A DNA stretch of 57,816 nt, filler included, from Circinaria calcarea (taxonomy: Eukaryota), in the NCBI GenBank assembly GCA_051942165.1. It is 8 parts of 8 records of this genome, joined end to end, with 100 filler letters (N's around TTAATTAATTAA, not from the genome) between each part and the next. Parts side by side here need not be neighbours in the genome. Positions count along the whole stretch, not along the records: positions 7,255 to 14,400 come from JAVECS010001397.1; positions 14,501 to 21,643 come from JAVECS010001398.1; positions 21,744 to 28,886 come from JAVECS010001399.1; 5 more parts are not named here. One strand, given 5' to 3'. Positions 13,730 through 26,062 of the stretch are shown piece after piece. The position numbers and the translations under genes were made by a program. The stretch's first letter is position 1, and the number at the start of each line of letters is the position of its first letter. The notes beneath the pieces are model-generated. The model was not told where the DNA came from. It saw only the letters and a list, made by a program, of their open reading frames with translations, and made no database searches.

Positions 13730-13765
13730 AACGCGCTTTTAGAATACGCGTCTTAAGTTTCGCGT
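13730..13765. promoter_or_regulatory. Cluster of MCB-like (ACGCG/ACGCGT) G1/S elements upstream of MCM3
   Basis: AACGCGCT at 13730, ACGCGT at 13746-13751 and TTCGCGT at 13759-13765, about 180 bp upstream of a replication-licensing gene, which is the expected MBF context. Confidence 0.6.
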
Positions 13766-13936
13766 TTCTGTCGTTTCTCCATTACCACCGCTGCAATCAT
13801 AATCCTCCGCTACCACTAATAACGCCCTGTCGTGATATGCAATTGGCAATTGTACAGGCCTCCATTTACCGTGCACTCTGTCGACCGTTAAAGCGCATAC
13901 TCTTCAACTTAGATAAACACGAGCATCGCAAATACC

Positions 13937-14400
13937 ATGGACCAACTCCAACTACGTGATGAGGCGGTACGAGATCGCATTAGGCTTGCAGAAGAATTCT
14001 TGGACCCAAGTAGGCTTGTCTGCTGGTTTATGACTGCTTGATGCTAATATAGCAAATTAGATGACCCTCGAGCTCGAAGGTTGACTGAACGACAAACCCG
14101 GCATGCCTATTACTGACAAACTGTACAGCTACCGGGCAGACATTATACTCATGCTGAATCGAGGTTTAAGAAGGCTATTAGTCAGTGTCCAGTACATATG
14201 AGGAGGTGGAATGCTAAGGAACTCTCCAGGTCAGCTTGGATGAAATACGGGAGCACAATAGAACACTAGCAGATGGGTAGGTGACCAAGTGAGCTCTTCT
14301 ACCGCAATTGCTAATGGGATCTACTCAAGGCTCCTACAATCACCTTTTGACTTTTCCCAAGCTTTCGATCAAGCTCTGAAGCATCTCGTGATTGCCCTTC
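13937..14400 (+). CDS. MCM3: DNA replication licensing factor Mcm3, 5' part (5 short exons, cut off by contig end)
   Basis: Spliced MDQLQLRDEAVRDRIRLAEEFLDPNDPRARSYRADIILMLNRGLRRLLVSLDEIREHNRTLADGLLQSPFDFSQAFDQALK, the characteristic Pezizomycotina Mcm3 N-terminus. Not in the ORF track because the exons are tiny. Confidence 0.88.
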
Positions 14401-14500
14401 NNNNNNNNNNNNNNNNNNNNNNNNNNNNNNNNNNNNNNNNNNNNTTAATTAATTAANNNNNNNNNNNNNNNNNNNNNNNNNNNNNNNNNNNNNNNNNNNN
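14401..14500. other. Artificial contig spacer
   Basis: N44-TTAATTAATTAA-N44. Confidence 0.99.
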
Positions 14501-14995
14501 GTGTATGGCGGAGATGGTGGAGGGGAGGGAGACGAGTGCGGATGTGGGGGGTTTGAAGCCGTGATGGGTTGGTGAGTGACTTGGGTCGGTAGCAGATTTT
14601 GGATCTTGGGTCTGCTTTTGTTAGTGAAAGGAGAGAGAACCTGCATCGCCGTTGAAGTGATATAAACGAGTTGAATGACTGAGAGAGGAGAAACCTGGTT
14701 TGGTGCAACCCATCAATCCAACGAGGAGACTGTTGGCTGGGGTAGCATTGCCTTGTGTCTAGGGAATTGGTGATCATGTACTTGAGCACAAACGACGATG
14801 ACTGCTCTGCCTCTAATGCCTCTATATATAAAGGACCCCCTTTCCCACCAGCGCAATGCGGTGTCGACCTCAGTAGCAGTCGCTGCCTCCCTTGCTGTTA
14901 CTGACAGTCAGTGGTGAAGATGAGGAGAAACACAGGATCTAATCGAATGTAAACCAAGGGAATCCTTTCAGCAGGCCGCCCAACATGCCCAGAAA

Positions 14996-16295
14996 CTAGT
15001 TCTCATAAGGCTTCCTCCCAATCATCAAGTACATTGGCGTGAAGAGCTTCTCTCTCCCACCAGCCACCAGAGAATCCGCAGCCCTCGCCAAGCTATCCGC
15101 CGTCTTTTGGGTTCCTTTCGAGACGACCCCCAGCATTTCCAGCCCGCCAACAAGCCTGTGGACGGCTCCTCTTCCGTACCTGTGCATCCTGGCAATTGTT
15201 GGTAAATCCCAGACACTCCCAATCATGCTGAAATCCCCAGCAAGCGGATAGTACCACGGCTTGCAGTCCGATCGATCTGCCAAGTCTTCGTGGAGTTCCA
15301 AGGTGAAGCCGGCATCTTTGATAGCTTGGAGACCTTCGGAGATTTTGCACATGTTTGAGATGCCGTCGCCTTGTTCGATACCGAGACGGATTTCACGGTG
15401 ATGGGGGTTGTCATTGTCGTAGGCGTCTGTCATGAGCCATTCGTAGACGCCAAAGACACCGCCGGGTTTTAGGACGCGGAAGATTTGGGAGTAGACGCCT
15501 TCGAGGGAGGGAGCATGGACGGTAGCTTCGATTGCGTAGACAGCATCGAAGGAATTGGACGGGAAAGACATTTGCTACTCGGAGTGAGCTAGGTAAGGTG
15601 GTTGGGAAAGGGAAAACGTTACCATGAAATCACCCTTCACAAAGCTTAGTTGGCTAGACAGTCCTTCTTTGGCTGCGTACCTGGTGGCGCGTTCGATCTG
15701 GTAGTCGTTGTTGTTCAAGCCGACGATATTTACGCCTGAAAACTTGGCGATTTCGCGAGCCGGTCCGCCCACGCCGCATCCGACGTCGAGGACCTTCATG
15801 CCGTCTCGGAGACTCATCATATGCGCTAGGTAGTGCTCGTGCCGGGCGATTGCTTGGTAGAATCCCTCGCCGTATGCGAAACGGCAGAAGTGAAAGGAAC
15901 TGCCCCATCCGTACTCGTAAAGGTCTGTCGCAAGGTTGTAGTAACTAATTCGTTCGTTGTCAACAACGGGACGTCAGGCAGTTCTTCAGAGTCAGGGTAT
16001 TATACTGTTTGGTGAGGGTAGCGTATTCTGCTTTCCGTTGCTGGAAGAATCATTAGTCAAATGCAAGTTTTATGTATTCGACCAAACGAACGTCTCGGGT
16101 CTCCTGAGTTTCGACATTGGCGCTTTTGTTATCCCAATGCTTGAAGTACTCCTCCACCGCAGCTTTCTGTGCCTTGGGGTCCTTTTTTATCATGGACATG
16201 AAGCCTGCACGCTCCTCCGCAGACTTGCCATGCATAACCCTGTTGAATGCCGCATCGCGGGAATGGTCCTCGGTCTCGAGCGCAATTGGAGCCAT
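14996..16295 (-). CDS. ERG6: Sterol 24-C-methyltransferase
   Basis: [74 protein letters not shown] and [11 protein letters not shown]. Three introns. Confidence 0.96.
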
Positions 16296-16610
16296 GTTGG
16301 AGTTTAAGAGGTCTGTGTTGATTGAAAGAAATAGAAAACGAAAAGCACAGTTACGGACAGCAATGTCCTTCGGCTCAAGCTCCCTTCAATCTCACTTCTT
16401 CTTTCCATGGAATACGCTTACGAAATTATCTCTACAGGGATGCGGCGTATCTGCAGGAACGGAGAGGAAGCTAGTCCAGGCCTCTGCCTAGCGAATGGCT
16501 CGAGCTTTATCAGGCTTATCAATAGGTACAGTATCCACCTCCAGTATTAGATATTCGTGGATGTCCCCAATCCGCTGTACAGACACAGCTCGGAGACATC
16601 GATAGCAGTT

Positions 16611-17823
16611 ATGCCTCAGATCAAACAAGACATTAATCGATCTGGATGGGAAAGCACTGACTTCCCTTCAGTGTGGTATGTCTGGAGCTCCTCTCCAGTT
16701 GATTGGTAACATCACTAACTGGTCCTGTAGTGAAAACTGCTTGCCTGACAATCCGTATGTCCAGATGCTTAAAGAGGATCATGGCGCGGAATGCAAGATA
16801 TGTACTCGACCGTTTACCATCTTCCGTTGGAAAGCCGATCGCACCGCCAGAACAAAACGGACGAATATTTGCCTCACATGCGCACGCCTGAAAAACTGCT
16901 GTCAATGTTGCATGCTAGATCTTTCTTTCGGTTTACCTATAGTTGTCAGGGATGCGGCACTTAAGATGGTAGCACCGGGGCCAGAAAGTAGTATCAACCG
17001 AGAATACTACGCCCAGGAGAATGAGAAGGAGATAGAAGAAGGGAGGGGAGGGGTGGAAGAATATGAGAAGACGGATGAGAAAGCACGTGAATTACTACGA
17101 AGGCTGGCAAACAGCGAACCGTACTACAAAAGGCAACGGAGGTTGGAAGCAGTAGAGGACAGCGGAGGGACATCCCAAGGCGGAGAAGAGGGGCAAAAAC
17201 GGATATCGGCAGGCCCAGGACCAATACGCACTCATGACAGCCGAATAACAAGAGGAGGAGCCTCAAGCACACGAGGACCTATGCGTGGTGGACGCGGAGG
17301 CGGAAGGGGTGGACGTGCTTTCCCTAGCACAGCGCAATTACCACCCGGACCCCAAGACATTCTCCCACCCCGTGATCCCAACATCACCTCCCTCTTCATT
17401 ACTGGGGTGGAAGACGATCTACCGGAACATTCAATAAGGACCTACTTTTCTCCGTTCGGGACGCTAAGATCGGTTGTTTGTTCGCATCGAGCACATTGCG
17501 CTTTCATCAATTACGCTACACGGCAAGGCGCTGAGGCTGCAGCAGAGGCGTGTCAAGGGAAAGCAGTTATTTCGGGATGTCCTCTACGTGTTCAATGGGG
17601 GAGACCGAGGCCGTTGGATAATATGGAGAAGGAGGAGAGGATGGCTACGGCCAGGCAGGGAAGAGATACAGCTGCGGCAGTGGCAGCTTCTAGTAGTATG
17701 AGTACGGGTGCAATGGGATTGGATTCGGATACGCCGGTGCAGGAGCGTTTGGAAGATCTGACGGCAGTTGCCCCTCCGCCTGGGCAAGATGACGTTCATT
17801 ACGCGAGTCTGGCTGGGGATTGA
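16611..17823 (+). CDS. SLT11: Pre-mRNA splicing factor Slt11/Ecm2 (RBM22 family)
   Basis: MPQIKQDINRSGWESTDFPSVC / ENCLPDNPYVQM...ECKICTRPFTIFRW...CARLKNCCQCCMLDLSFGLP zinc region and a C-terminal RRM (SLFITG...CAFINY...LRVQWGRP). Confidence 0.93.
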
Positions 17824-18331
17824 CCTTTTTGTAATGAGCTGAGCACGTCTCTGAACTTGTTGTGAAGGTTGTTGAGCTCAGGTTCCTGCTTAGGAAGTTA
17901 CTGGCGAATAGTATACTCGTAGCTCTTCACAGCTACATCTATGTTCCGGTCTCTAGGTCACGATATACTACAGTCTCCCGCATATTAAGCATTAACGCTT
18001 ATTTTCCATGAGAAGTATACCCAAATCATACTTGGAGGAGATTTGGAGAAAAAGCTGAAACGAGTTCTGAAAGATGCCCGTTTCTCTGCGAGGCTTGGAT
18101 TTCACGTTAGAGTTTGTTGAGTGTAACGGGCTCACTGGGGTTGTCAAAAGTGGCGCTAAATAGTCAAGCATGCCGGAGACCGTAGTGGTACATCCCCATC
18201 GACTTTTTACCCATTACCCCCATGGTCTCAAGCTCTTCTTCAACTTATCCCGCACTTAGAGTACCATAACCTTGGAGTCATTAAAAAGCCGCAGTGAACA
18301 GAAGTGTATCACCATAATACACATTGAGCCA

Positions 18332-19737
18332 ATGGCTGCATCGCGAGTCTTCCGCCCTGCCTCTCGACTTCTCTCCTCCTCCTCTCGGCCGTCTGTAGCT
18401 ACACTCAGCCCAGCATTCCGACCCGCAGCCTCATTACCGGCTTCGCTGAACCGAAGGAGATATGCTACCCCCAGTGGTGTCAAGGAAATGGCGGTCAGGG
18501 ATGCGCTGAACGAAGCTCTGGCCGAAGAGCTAGAAGCTAATGAAAAGGTGTTTATACTTGGGGAGGAGGTGGCGCAATACAATGGGGCGTGAGTGAGCTA
18601 CCTCCCGGAGAAAGGTCCTTGGGTCCACACTGAAATGGTTGCTGCATCATGATCACAGCAATGTGGGGATGCAACACCACTTGCTAAGATCAGACGGACC
18701 CTTCGAGTGCATCTGCTAACAGGAATCTTGGGCGCAGATACAAAGTTACCAAGGGTCTGCTGGATAGGTTCGGTGAGAAGAGGGTTATTGACACTCCCAT
18801 TACGGAGTCTGGGTTCTGTGGTCTTTCGGTGGGTGCGGCTCTGGCGGGCTTACACCCAGTGGTAAGTAGCTCTATTGTCTGGACTCTAGCCTTATCGTGG
18901 AGATCTAATCGTGGGCTTTTTCTAGTGCGAATTCATGACCTTTAACTTTGCCATGCAAGCCATTGACCAGATCATCAATTCTGCTGCCAAAACACACTAC
19001 ATGTCCGGTGGAATACAACCATGTAATATCACATTTCGTGGACCTAATGGCTTTGCAGCCGGTGTTGCTGCGCAGCATTCGCAAGACTACTCAAGTTGGT
19101 ATGGCAGTGTACCAGGGCTAAAGGTCGTTGCGCCCTGGAGTTCGGAAGATGCAAAGGGTCTGCTTAAGGCCGCAATTCGAGATCCTAATCCGGTCATAGT
19201 CCTTGAAAATGAGTATGACTATACTAGGCTGTTTTACAAACCTCCAGCTCGCTGACTGGTCCCAGACTCCTCTACGGTCAGCAGTTCCCCATGTCCGAAG
19301 CCGCTCAAAAGGACGATTTTGTCCTACCATTCGGCAAGGCGAAGATCGAACGCCCGGGCAAGGATTTGACGATCGTGACACTATCTCGATGCGTCGGGCA
19401 ATCCCTTACCGCTGCCGAACAGCTCAAGAAACAATATGGCATTGAAGCCGAAGTCATCAACCTACGATCAGTGAAACCACTGGACGTTGAAGCCATTGTG
19501 AAGTCGGTTAAAAAGACCGGTCATTTGATGGCGGTCGAGAGTGGCTACCCGAGTTTCGGTGTGGGCGCCGAGATTTTGGCCTTGACGATGGAGTATGCAT
19601 TCGACTATCTGGACGCGCCTGCGGTCCGGGTGACGGGGGCCGAAGTCCCTACACCATATGCTCAGGAGCTGGAGGGGATGAGCTTCCCTAATGAGGACCT
19701 AATTGCGAAGTATGCTGCCAAGCTGCTCCGGGTATGA
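18332..19737 (+). CDS. PDB1: Pyruvate dehydrogenase E1 beta subunit, mitochondrial
   Basis: Arg/Ser-rich presequence, [65 protein letters not shown] and EVPTPYA. Three introns. Confidence 0.97.
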
Positions 19738-21272
19738 TGAGAATAGGTTGGGGGTGGCTGCTTTCCGATTCGCTCCGGGGTGGTGGTATCGACGACATTG
19801 TACAGGACTCGACTTTTTCTCCGACGCAACCATTCATCAGATGTTGCCACAGTGGCGGGGCGCATGTTTTCCTCTGGCTTCTTGAGCCTCTTCCACTGTA
19901 ATTAGTAGCAAGATTGCTGAATCAGTATGGCCGCAGGGGCCAATCAAGCGGGTGGAAATAGAGCATTGGCGGACCTAGTCGGGTTCCAAATACACCCTCC
20001 ATCTTGATGTCATTAAGAAATGTGCAGGTGCGGTAAATAGGACAACGTCGGCGCCAGGCGAAGGATGATTGCTCATGGCGCGTGGTGAGTGCGATGTAAG
20101 GGCAGTGAAACTACTCCGTAGACAGTTGAGGCGGTGGATGGCCTAGATGAAAATCAAGTTTTTTGCTGGGACGCTTTCGACTTTTATGTGGGACGGACTT
20201 CGTCGGTCTGCCCTTCTGTTGCTTCGATAGCGCGGGCCTTACCAGCACCCGGGCAGGTCTTGGCCAACCATGCCGCTTGTCCCTACCGAGTAAGCCGTTA
20301 TCACGTTCGCAGCACAACGTGGTTGACGCCAGACGAGCAGCACGCCAACCACGTTTTGACGTTATGAAGCCACCACGACGAAGACTGCAACCCATTCTGT
20401 CGATCCACCGCCGGCGGCCCATGGCGCTGGGTTGCCCGATTGCCCCCTCGGCACCAGAACTTTGGGATGGGTTCCCTGGCCCCGTTCTCGTTTCTACTAC
20501 GGTAGCAGGCCAAATAATCCGTAGCGCTGCAGATCTCGCACGGGTAAAATCTCTTGCCATTTTACTCAGTCATGCCACGTAAATCTCCGCACGGCTGTTT
20601 AATCGATTGGGGCATCAGGGCTAGTATATAAAAGCAGCGTTGCCGAGCCTGCCAAGACGCTACGAATTATTTTGCCTGCCACCGTAGTACGGATGCCCTC
20701 GGCAGTGATGGCCTGATGGTGAATTCATCAGGCCCAGAGCCGAGTCGTGTCTCATCGTGGACGTCGGGGCTGTCAGACTAGAGTCACAGACATTGGGAAA
20801 GGGCGTCGAACACCATCCTTTCGGAGATGAGCAGTCGTCTCGTCCCTCCACTTTGGACTGGTCCTGCTTGCCGGACCCCTGCGCTTTGACCCCTTGAAGA
20901 TAGGGCATTTTCCCGTCCGGCCGCCTACTCCTTCGTCTATTCTCTCGTCCAGAAAGCCACACGAGAAGTTTAGCCGACCAGTAAGAAGGCATCTGAGGCT
21001 GGTGTATCCTTCTCTCCTTCCTCCCTCACATCATCATCCTTTCTGTCCGCCAGCCTACCCGGTGGCTTGAGGCTCTCTGCCTCTTGACCGAGCATCCCCA
21101 AGCACAGTCTCTTTGGAATTCAGCCAAGGCCCCCCTTCATTCCTACTCTCCCTTCAAAGCTTCCTGCCGTATACCGGATCGTCATGTTGTCTTTCAAATA
21201 CTCCTTCATCATGGAGGAGCCTATAGGTTCTCCCATATCTTGTCCGAAGCTCCCTCGTCCCTTTCCCTTGAC

Positions 21273-21643
21273 ATGTCTTCCGGCACCTCCAAGAAGGTCA
21301 TGGCCAGGCGGCCCAAGGTGAAGACAACGCAGCACTTTCTTACCTTACCCCTCGAGATCAGAGAGCAAGTGTATTCGGACATTCTCATCACCATGCCTCG
21401 TGCGCTCCTGCAACTACTCCGCAGTAACCGGCAAATCTCCACGGAGGCTCAACCCTTTCTCTACAAGCAGCCCATCCTCTTCGACGGACAAGCCGAGCTC
21501 TTCAGTTGGCTCAAGAAGATCGACCGCGACCTACTTCGCCATGTTACCACCATCAAGTTCAAGCTCCATGACATCGACGCCAAGAGGATTGTCGGAGCAC
21601 TGGGTGAACGCCTCCGCCGAGTCAAGGTCTCTCCGGGTACTCC
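21273..21643 (+). CDS. F-box-like hypothetical protein, 5' part (cut off by contig end)
   Basis: HFLTLPLEIREQVYSDIL...LLRSNRQISTEAQPFLY, the F-box-like LPxEIRxxIY...CRQxxxEA pattern common in fungal proteins. Candidate TATA box TATATAAAA at 20625. Confidence 0.6.
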
Positions 21644-21743
21644 NNNNNNNNNNNNNNNNNNNNNNNNNNNNNNNNNNNNNNNNNNNNTTAATTAATTAAN
21701 NNNNNNNNNNNNNNNNNNNNNNNNNNNNNNNNNNNNNNNNNNN
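21644..21743. other. Artificial contig spacer
   Basis: N44-TTAATTAATTAA-N44. Confidence 0.99.
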
Positions 21744-22420
21744 CCGCCTCGACGACCACCACCTCTTTGGCGGCCGAACTGTCATCAGTCAGATACTAGG
21801 CAGGCATTGTTGAGAGTATGGACGTACTGACTCCCTTGCGCCCGCGGCTCTTTGTTCTGCTCATGATGTCTACAGCGACTGGCAAGTCTAATCCATGGAC
21901 TTGAGGGAGAGCACGTGTCTAGCCTTGTCGGGTGAAATACTCGGTAGAATAGATTCAGTAGGTACAGTCTTTTAGTACGATCCCTTGTCCCCCACTAGAA
22001 TAGCAGCGCTGGTGCGGAATCTTCCCAAAAGCCCCCTAATATAATCTACGAAGTGTCCTGATGCTACGGGGCAAATGGGCAGCATAGATGAGAGGAGTAT
22101 TGTCCCGATGAGCTACAATGCTATTCGTTTCGCTTTGCTTCGGCTTCACGCCTTTTACCTGGTTGGATCCGATGATCCTTCAACCGGGACCCCGCAGCTG
22201 ACTTTACTCGGAGCTTCACGGTAACTGAATGGGAAGGAGAATCTTATAAATCAGATCTCCCTTCTTATCTTTTACTGTCGTCTTTATCATCCTCAAGCCC
22301 TGTTCATTACTCTTCTTTAATTCCCTTTACGTGACTGTCATCATTTACGATACCTTTGATAGACATTCTCCCAGTCAAGAAGAGCCCTATACTCACTTGA
22401 AAGACTGAAAGATCTCAATC

Positions 22421-23407
22421 ATGGCACCACCATCCGCCACCTCGACCGAGACCCAAACCAATGGCTCCTCCAAGCCCTCGACCTTGGCTCCCCTCGAACC
22501 GGGCCTGAGCGAGAAGAAAGCCAAGGTACAGATGCCCAAGTTCCCGGGACCCCGGAAGTTTGAAGACAAGTACGAAGAGCGTGAATATCTCAAAGGCCGT
22601 CTCGCCGCTGCATTTCGCATCTTCGCCAAGTATGGCTTCGACGAAGGGGTTGCCGGGCACATCACTCTTCGTGATCCGGTCGACCCCTCCACTTTCTGGG
22701 TGAACCCTTTTGGAGTTGCCTTTGGCTTGATCAAGAAGAGCGACCTAATCCAAGTGGACCACGATGGAAATGTCATCGATGGGGGACCAGTCCGCCTGCT
22801 CAACGCCGCAGCCTTCATGATCCACAGTGCCATCCACTCAGCGAGACCAGATGTGATCTGTGCAGCCCACAGTCACAGCATCTACGGCCGATCCTTTTGC
22901 ACACTTGGACGGGAACTTGACATCATCACCCAAGACTCTTGTGCTTTCTACAATGTACGGTTGCCCCCCTCCTTTCTTCTTAAGAAACTGAACGCCCCTC
23001 CCCGCTCCCTTCCAAGGACCTTTACTAACCCCCCTTACTCTTCCCGTTAGGACCACGTCCTCTACAAATCTTTCAACGGCATCGTCCTTGCCGAAGCCGA
23101 AGGCCACGCAATCGCCTCCTGCCTCTCCTCCAAAAAGGCCGCCCTGCTGCAGAACCACGGCCTCCTAACCGTCGGCCAAACCATCGAAGAAGCCGTGTTC
23201 TGGTTCGTCAGCCTGGAGAAATGCTGCCACGCGCAGCTGATGGCGGACGCTGCCGCGACGGGCCGCGGCGGGCAGACGGTCAAAATTGGGGAGGTGGAGG
23301 CGGCGGACACGCATAAGACGCTCGGGGTTCCGATGGCGGGCTGGTTCAATGCGAAGCCGTTGTTTGACACAATTGAGAAGACGGAAGGGGCGGATTATTT
23401 GCAGTGA
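22421..23407 (+). CDS. Class II aldolase/adducin-domain protein (Mug14-like)
   Basis: RLAAAFRIF...EGVAGHITLRDP...FWVNPFG...FMIHSAIH...AAHSHS (zinc His residues)...LLQNHGLLTVG. Intron at about 22956-23050. Confidence 0.9.
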
Positions 23408-23930
23408 GTGGAGATGGTATGGTGGTGAAGCGGCTGTTAGCTTCGATTAGCATCTAGCTAGCTCGATAGCTTTGGCAATCTCGCGCCCACTACAACAGCG
23501 ATTCTTCAACACCACACGCCCTCTCCTGCTCCTTAACGTCTGACATTTTCTCCAAACTCTTCCCTCCCTTCAATTCCAACCCCAACGCCGACCCCCAAAT
23601 CCCAAATCTCAGTAGAGAACGAGCCATAAAGCCACTAGCTCTCTCCCTCGGCTCAAAGAAACCCTCCCCCTCCTCCCCTCCCTTTCTCACACCCGAGCTA
23701 TAAGCAGATCTCATGCAAAGTACAACAAGTAACCTGACATGACACAGGCGAGGCAAGGGAGAGGGAGAGGGGCTTTTAGATTATAGATTTCCGGGTTTTC
23801 GGGTTTTCGGGGTTGGGGGGCATAGAGGAGAGGTAGATGGTAGATAATAGATGTTAGAGAGAGGGGGGAAGTACTGTACAGTACTGTACGTAATATGATG
23901 GTCATTTAGGTTGGTAAGATCCGACGGTCA

Positions 23931-24002
23931 GGGGATTTGGAATTTGGGATTTGGGATTTAGGATTTGGAATTTGGGGTTGGGGAATTGAGGAATTGGAAT
24001 TG
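23931..24002 (+). repeat. Degenerate 7-bp G-rich tandem repeat (GGRATTT/GGAATT units)
   Basis: ggggattt ggaattt gggattt gggattt aggattt ggaattt ggggtt ggggaatt gaggaatt ggaatt, lying between convergent genes. Confidence 0.7.
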
Positions 24003-24244
24003 TGAGGGGAAAGGGGTGGGGCGAGAGTGCTGCTCTATCGATCTAGGTCTAGGACTTTTGCAGGGTTTTTAGATTGTTGGAAAGGCCTTGGAACAGATTC
24101 AGTGGGCTAGAGTCCAGAGAGACGAGGCAGCTGGAAGGGAAAGAATGATGATAGTAAACTACGTCAGTCATCCGATCCCGTGCCCATTTTAGGAATTTAT
24201 TTTTTGCATTGCTTGTTGTGGATGCGTGCAAAAGGGGATGAGAG

Positions 24245-25219
24245 CTAGCGCAAAGGCTTAAACACCTTGTCGAAGCTCTTCCTCTCCCGAAAGATATTCC
24301 ACCACGTCTTCACCTTATTCCCCACACGAAAGCCCGGCACCGATTTCTGCAGGTGAGCCTCCAATATCGACCAGTCAGCGGGGTCCGACGTCCCCACCGA
24401 CATCAACAAATGGGACACCCAAGGAACCATGTGGATATCCGCCAGCGTGACTTCTTTCCCTGCGGCGTAGGGGAGTTTGATCGTCTTGTCGAGCTCGGCC
24501 ATACCCTCGGCGAACTTCTCATATTTGACTAGGGTTTCTTTGAAGAAGTCGTCGTGTTCCTTGGACGGACCACTGGTGAAGATGTCGTTCAGGGCACCGT
24601 TTTCTCTTACTTTGGCGGCATAGAATTGGTTCTCCGGCTGTTCGGAAGAGTATTTCTGTAGCCTTTCTTGACGGACGGAGAGAAATGACGGAATGAATTC
24701 TGGCTTTGATGCGAGTTCTTCTTCGTCACGAGCGGTGAGGAGAACCAGGCTGGTATCCAAGTCCATAGAGTGGACAAGCTTGACCAACTTTTCCATTGTT
24801 TTGGTGGTTTCTGGGTCCGAGGGGATTAGCTTTGGAACATTGGCTGCAGTAGAGTTGCGGTCTAGGAATTCCAAAATGTCAGTGGAGTCGGTGAATATCT
24901 TATCCTCCCACGGGACCGATAGAGAAGGGATCGTCCCGTTTGGGTTAACTTTCAGATACTCGGGATCGAAGTTGTCCGCATTGACTGTTGAGTTGATCAG
25001 CAATATCTTCTTTCGAGGGTAGGGGAGAAGTACTAAAGTTGACCTCGACCTCTTCGACGTCGTCGGCCACGTATCCCTTTTCAACCAGGCCCAAATGCGG
25101 TACGCCCGCCCATAGGGAGGCACCAGAGGTGTATAGGATCATCTAGTACAGTTGGACCCGTGTCAGTGTTCCACCGAGTACGTTGGAGAGGACTTGTTTA
25201 CCTTGTCCTTGGAACCCAT
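24245..25219 (-). CDS. Glutathione S-transferase-fold protein
   Basis: MGSKDK / MILYTSGASLWAGVPHLGLVEKGY / NFDPEYLKVNPNGTIPSL (GST-N NPxGxVP) ...DSTDILEFLD and C-terminal PYAAGKEVTLADIHMVPW (GST-C N-cap). Two introns. Confidence 0.82.
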
Positions 25220-26062
25220 TTTGAGTACCTGTGAATTGAGGCTGTTGGCGGTTTTAATTCAGAATTACCAGCTCAGTGGTGAACAGGGTTGCAGAGGAAG
25301 AGAAGGACAGTTGAGATGCAAAGACTCTCTACCATAACAGAGTCTTATACTCCGGAAGCATATGGCCTGCATGACGAATGGCCAGCAATCCATTACGAGA
25401 ACAGAGGTATTCACGGGCTAATACACGACCTGCATGCTCATCTTCGGGGAACATTGGGAGTGGGGTAAACTGTAATCATCGATGCGTGCCCTTGAGGGCG
25501 ATTCGTATGGGGTAACATTGATGCATTGACAATGTAAGCCTCGCCAATTCTCCCGCCTTCGGGTGGAATTGCTTTTGAACAACTCCGTACGTCTGGCAAG
25601 ATTGTGTCGATGGATGCAGGGCCTTGACAGTTCTAGTCCATCAAGGACTGCTCTTCATCTTTGGTCAACTGAGTGCTCGTCTTGGACACTGCGACCCGTA
25701 CTGCATCTGTAGTGGAAATAATAAGTACGGAGTATCCTTCGGCTAATTCAGGGTCTCCTCCGATCTACGATCACGTGCGTCAATTTCAGGGGTTTACCAG
25801 TAGGGGTTTAGCAGTAGGGGTTTAGGGCTGAGATGTCCAAGCTCGCGCGAAAAGTCTCTTAGTCTATTTTTTTTTAACGTGTAGGGACGTTTGCATGTTC
25901 GAGACGACACGCAGAGAGAGAGAGTAAAGCAAAGCATCGCTAAGGAACATTGAGCCTGCCCCCAATCATCGAACCTGACCTTCATTCCACCTGCCTTGGC
26001 TTGTTTCCTTTTCAACCTCATCCATCCATCTACTCCTCTTGATCCAGCCTTCCACATAGTCC

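Noticed and set aside
18589..18737. TPP riboswitch in the PDB1 intron
   Set aside because: The conserved TPP aptamer segments (CUGAGA; GAxCUxGAU...AUxCxxGCG) are absent. Kept only as a weak generic structure candidate.
20111..20992. Several 70-150 aa overlapping ORFs between PDB1 and the F-box-like gene
   Set aside because: GC-rich promoter/5' UTR-like DNA. The translations have no motifs and overlap in multiple frames.
23931..24002. Interstitial telomere
   Set aside because: The units are GGRATTT variants, not tandem TTAGGG.
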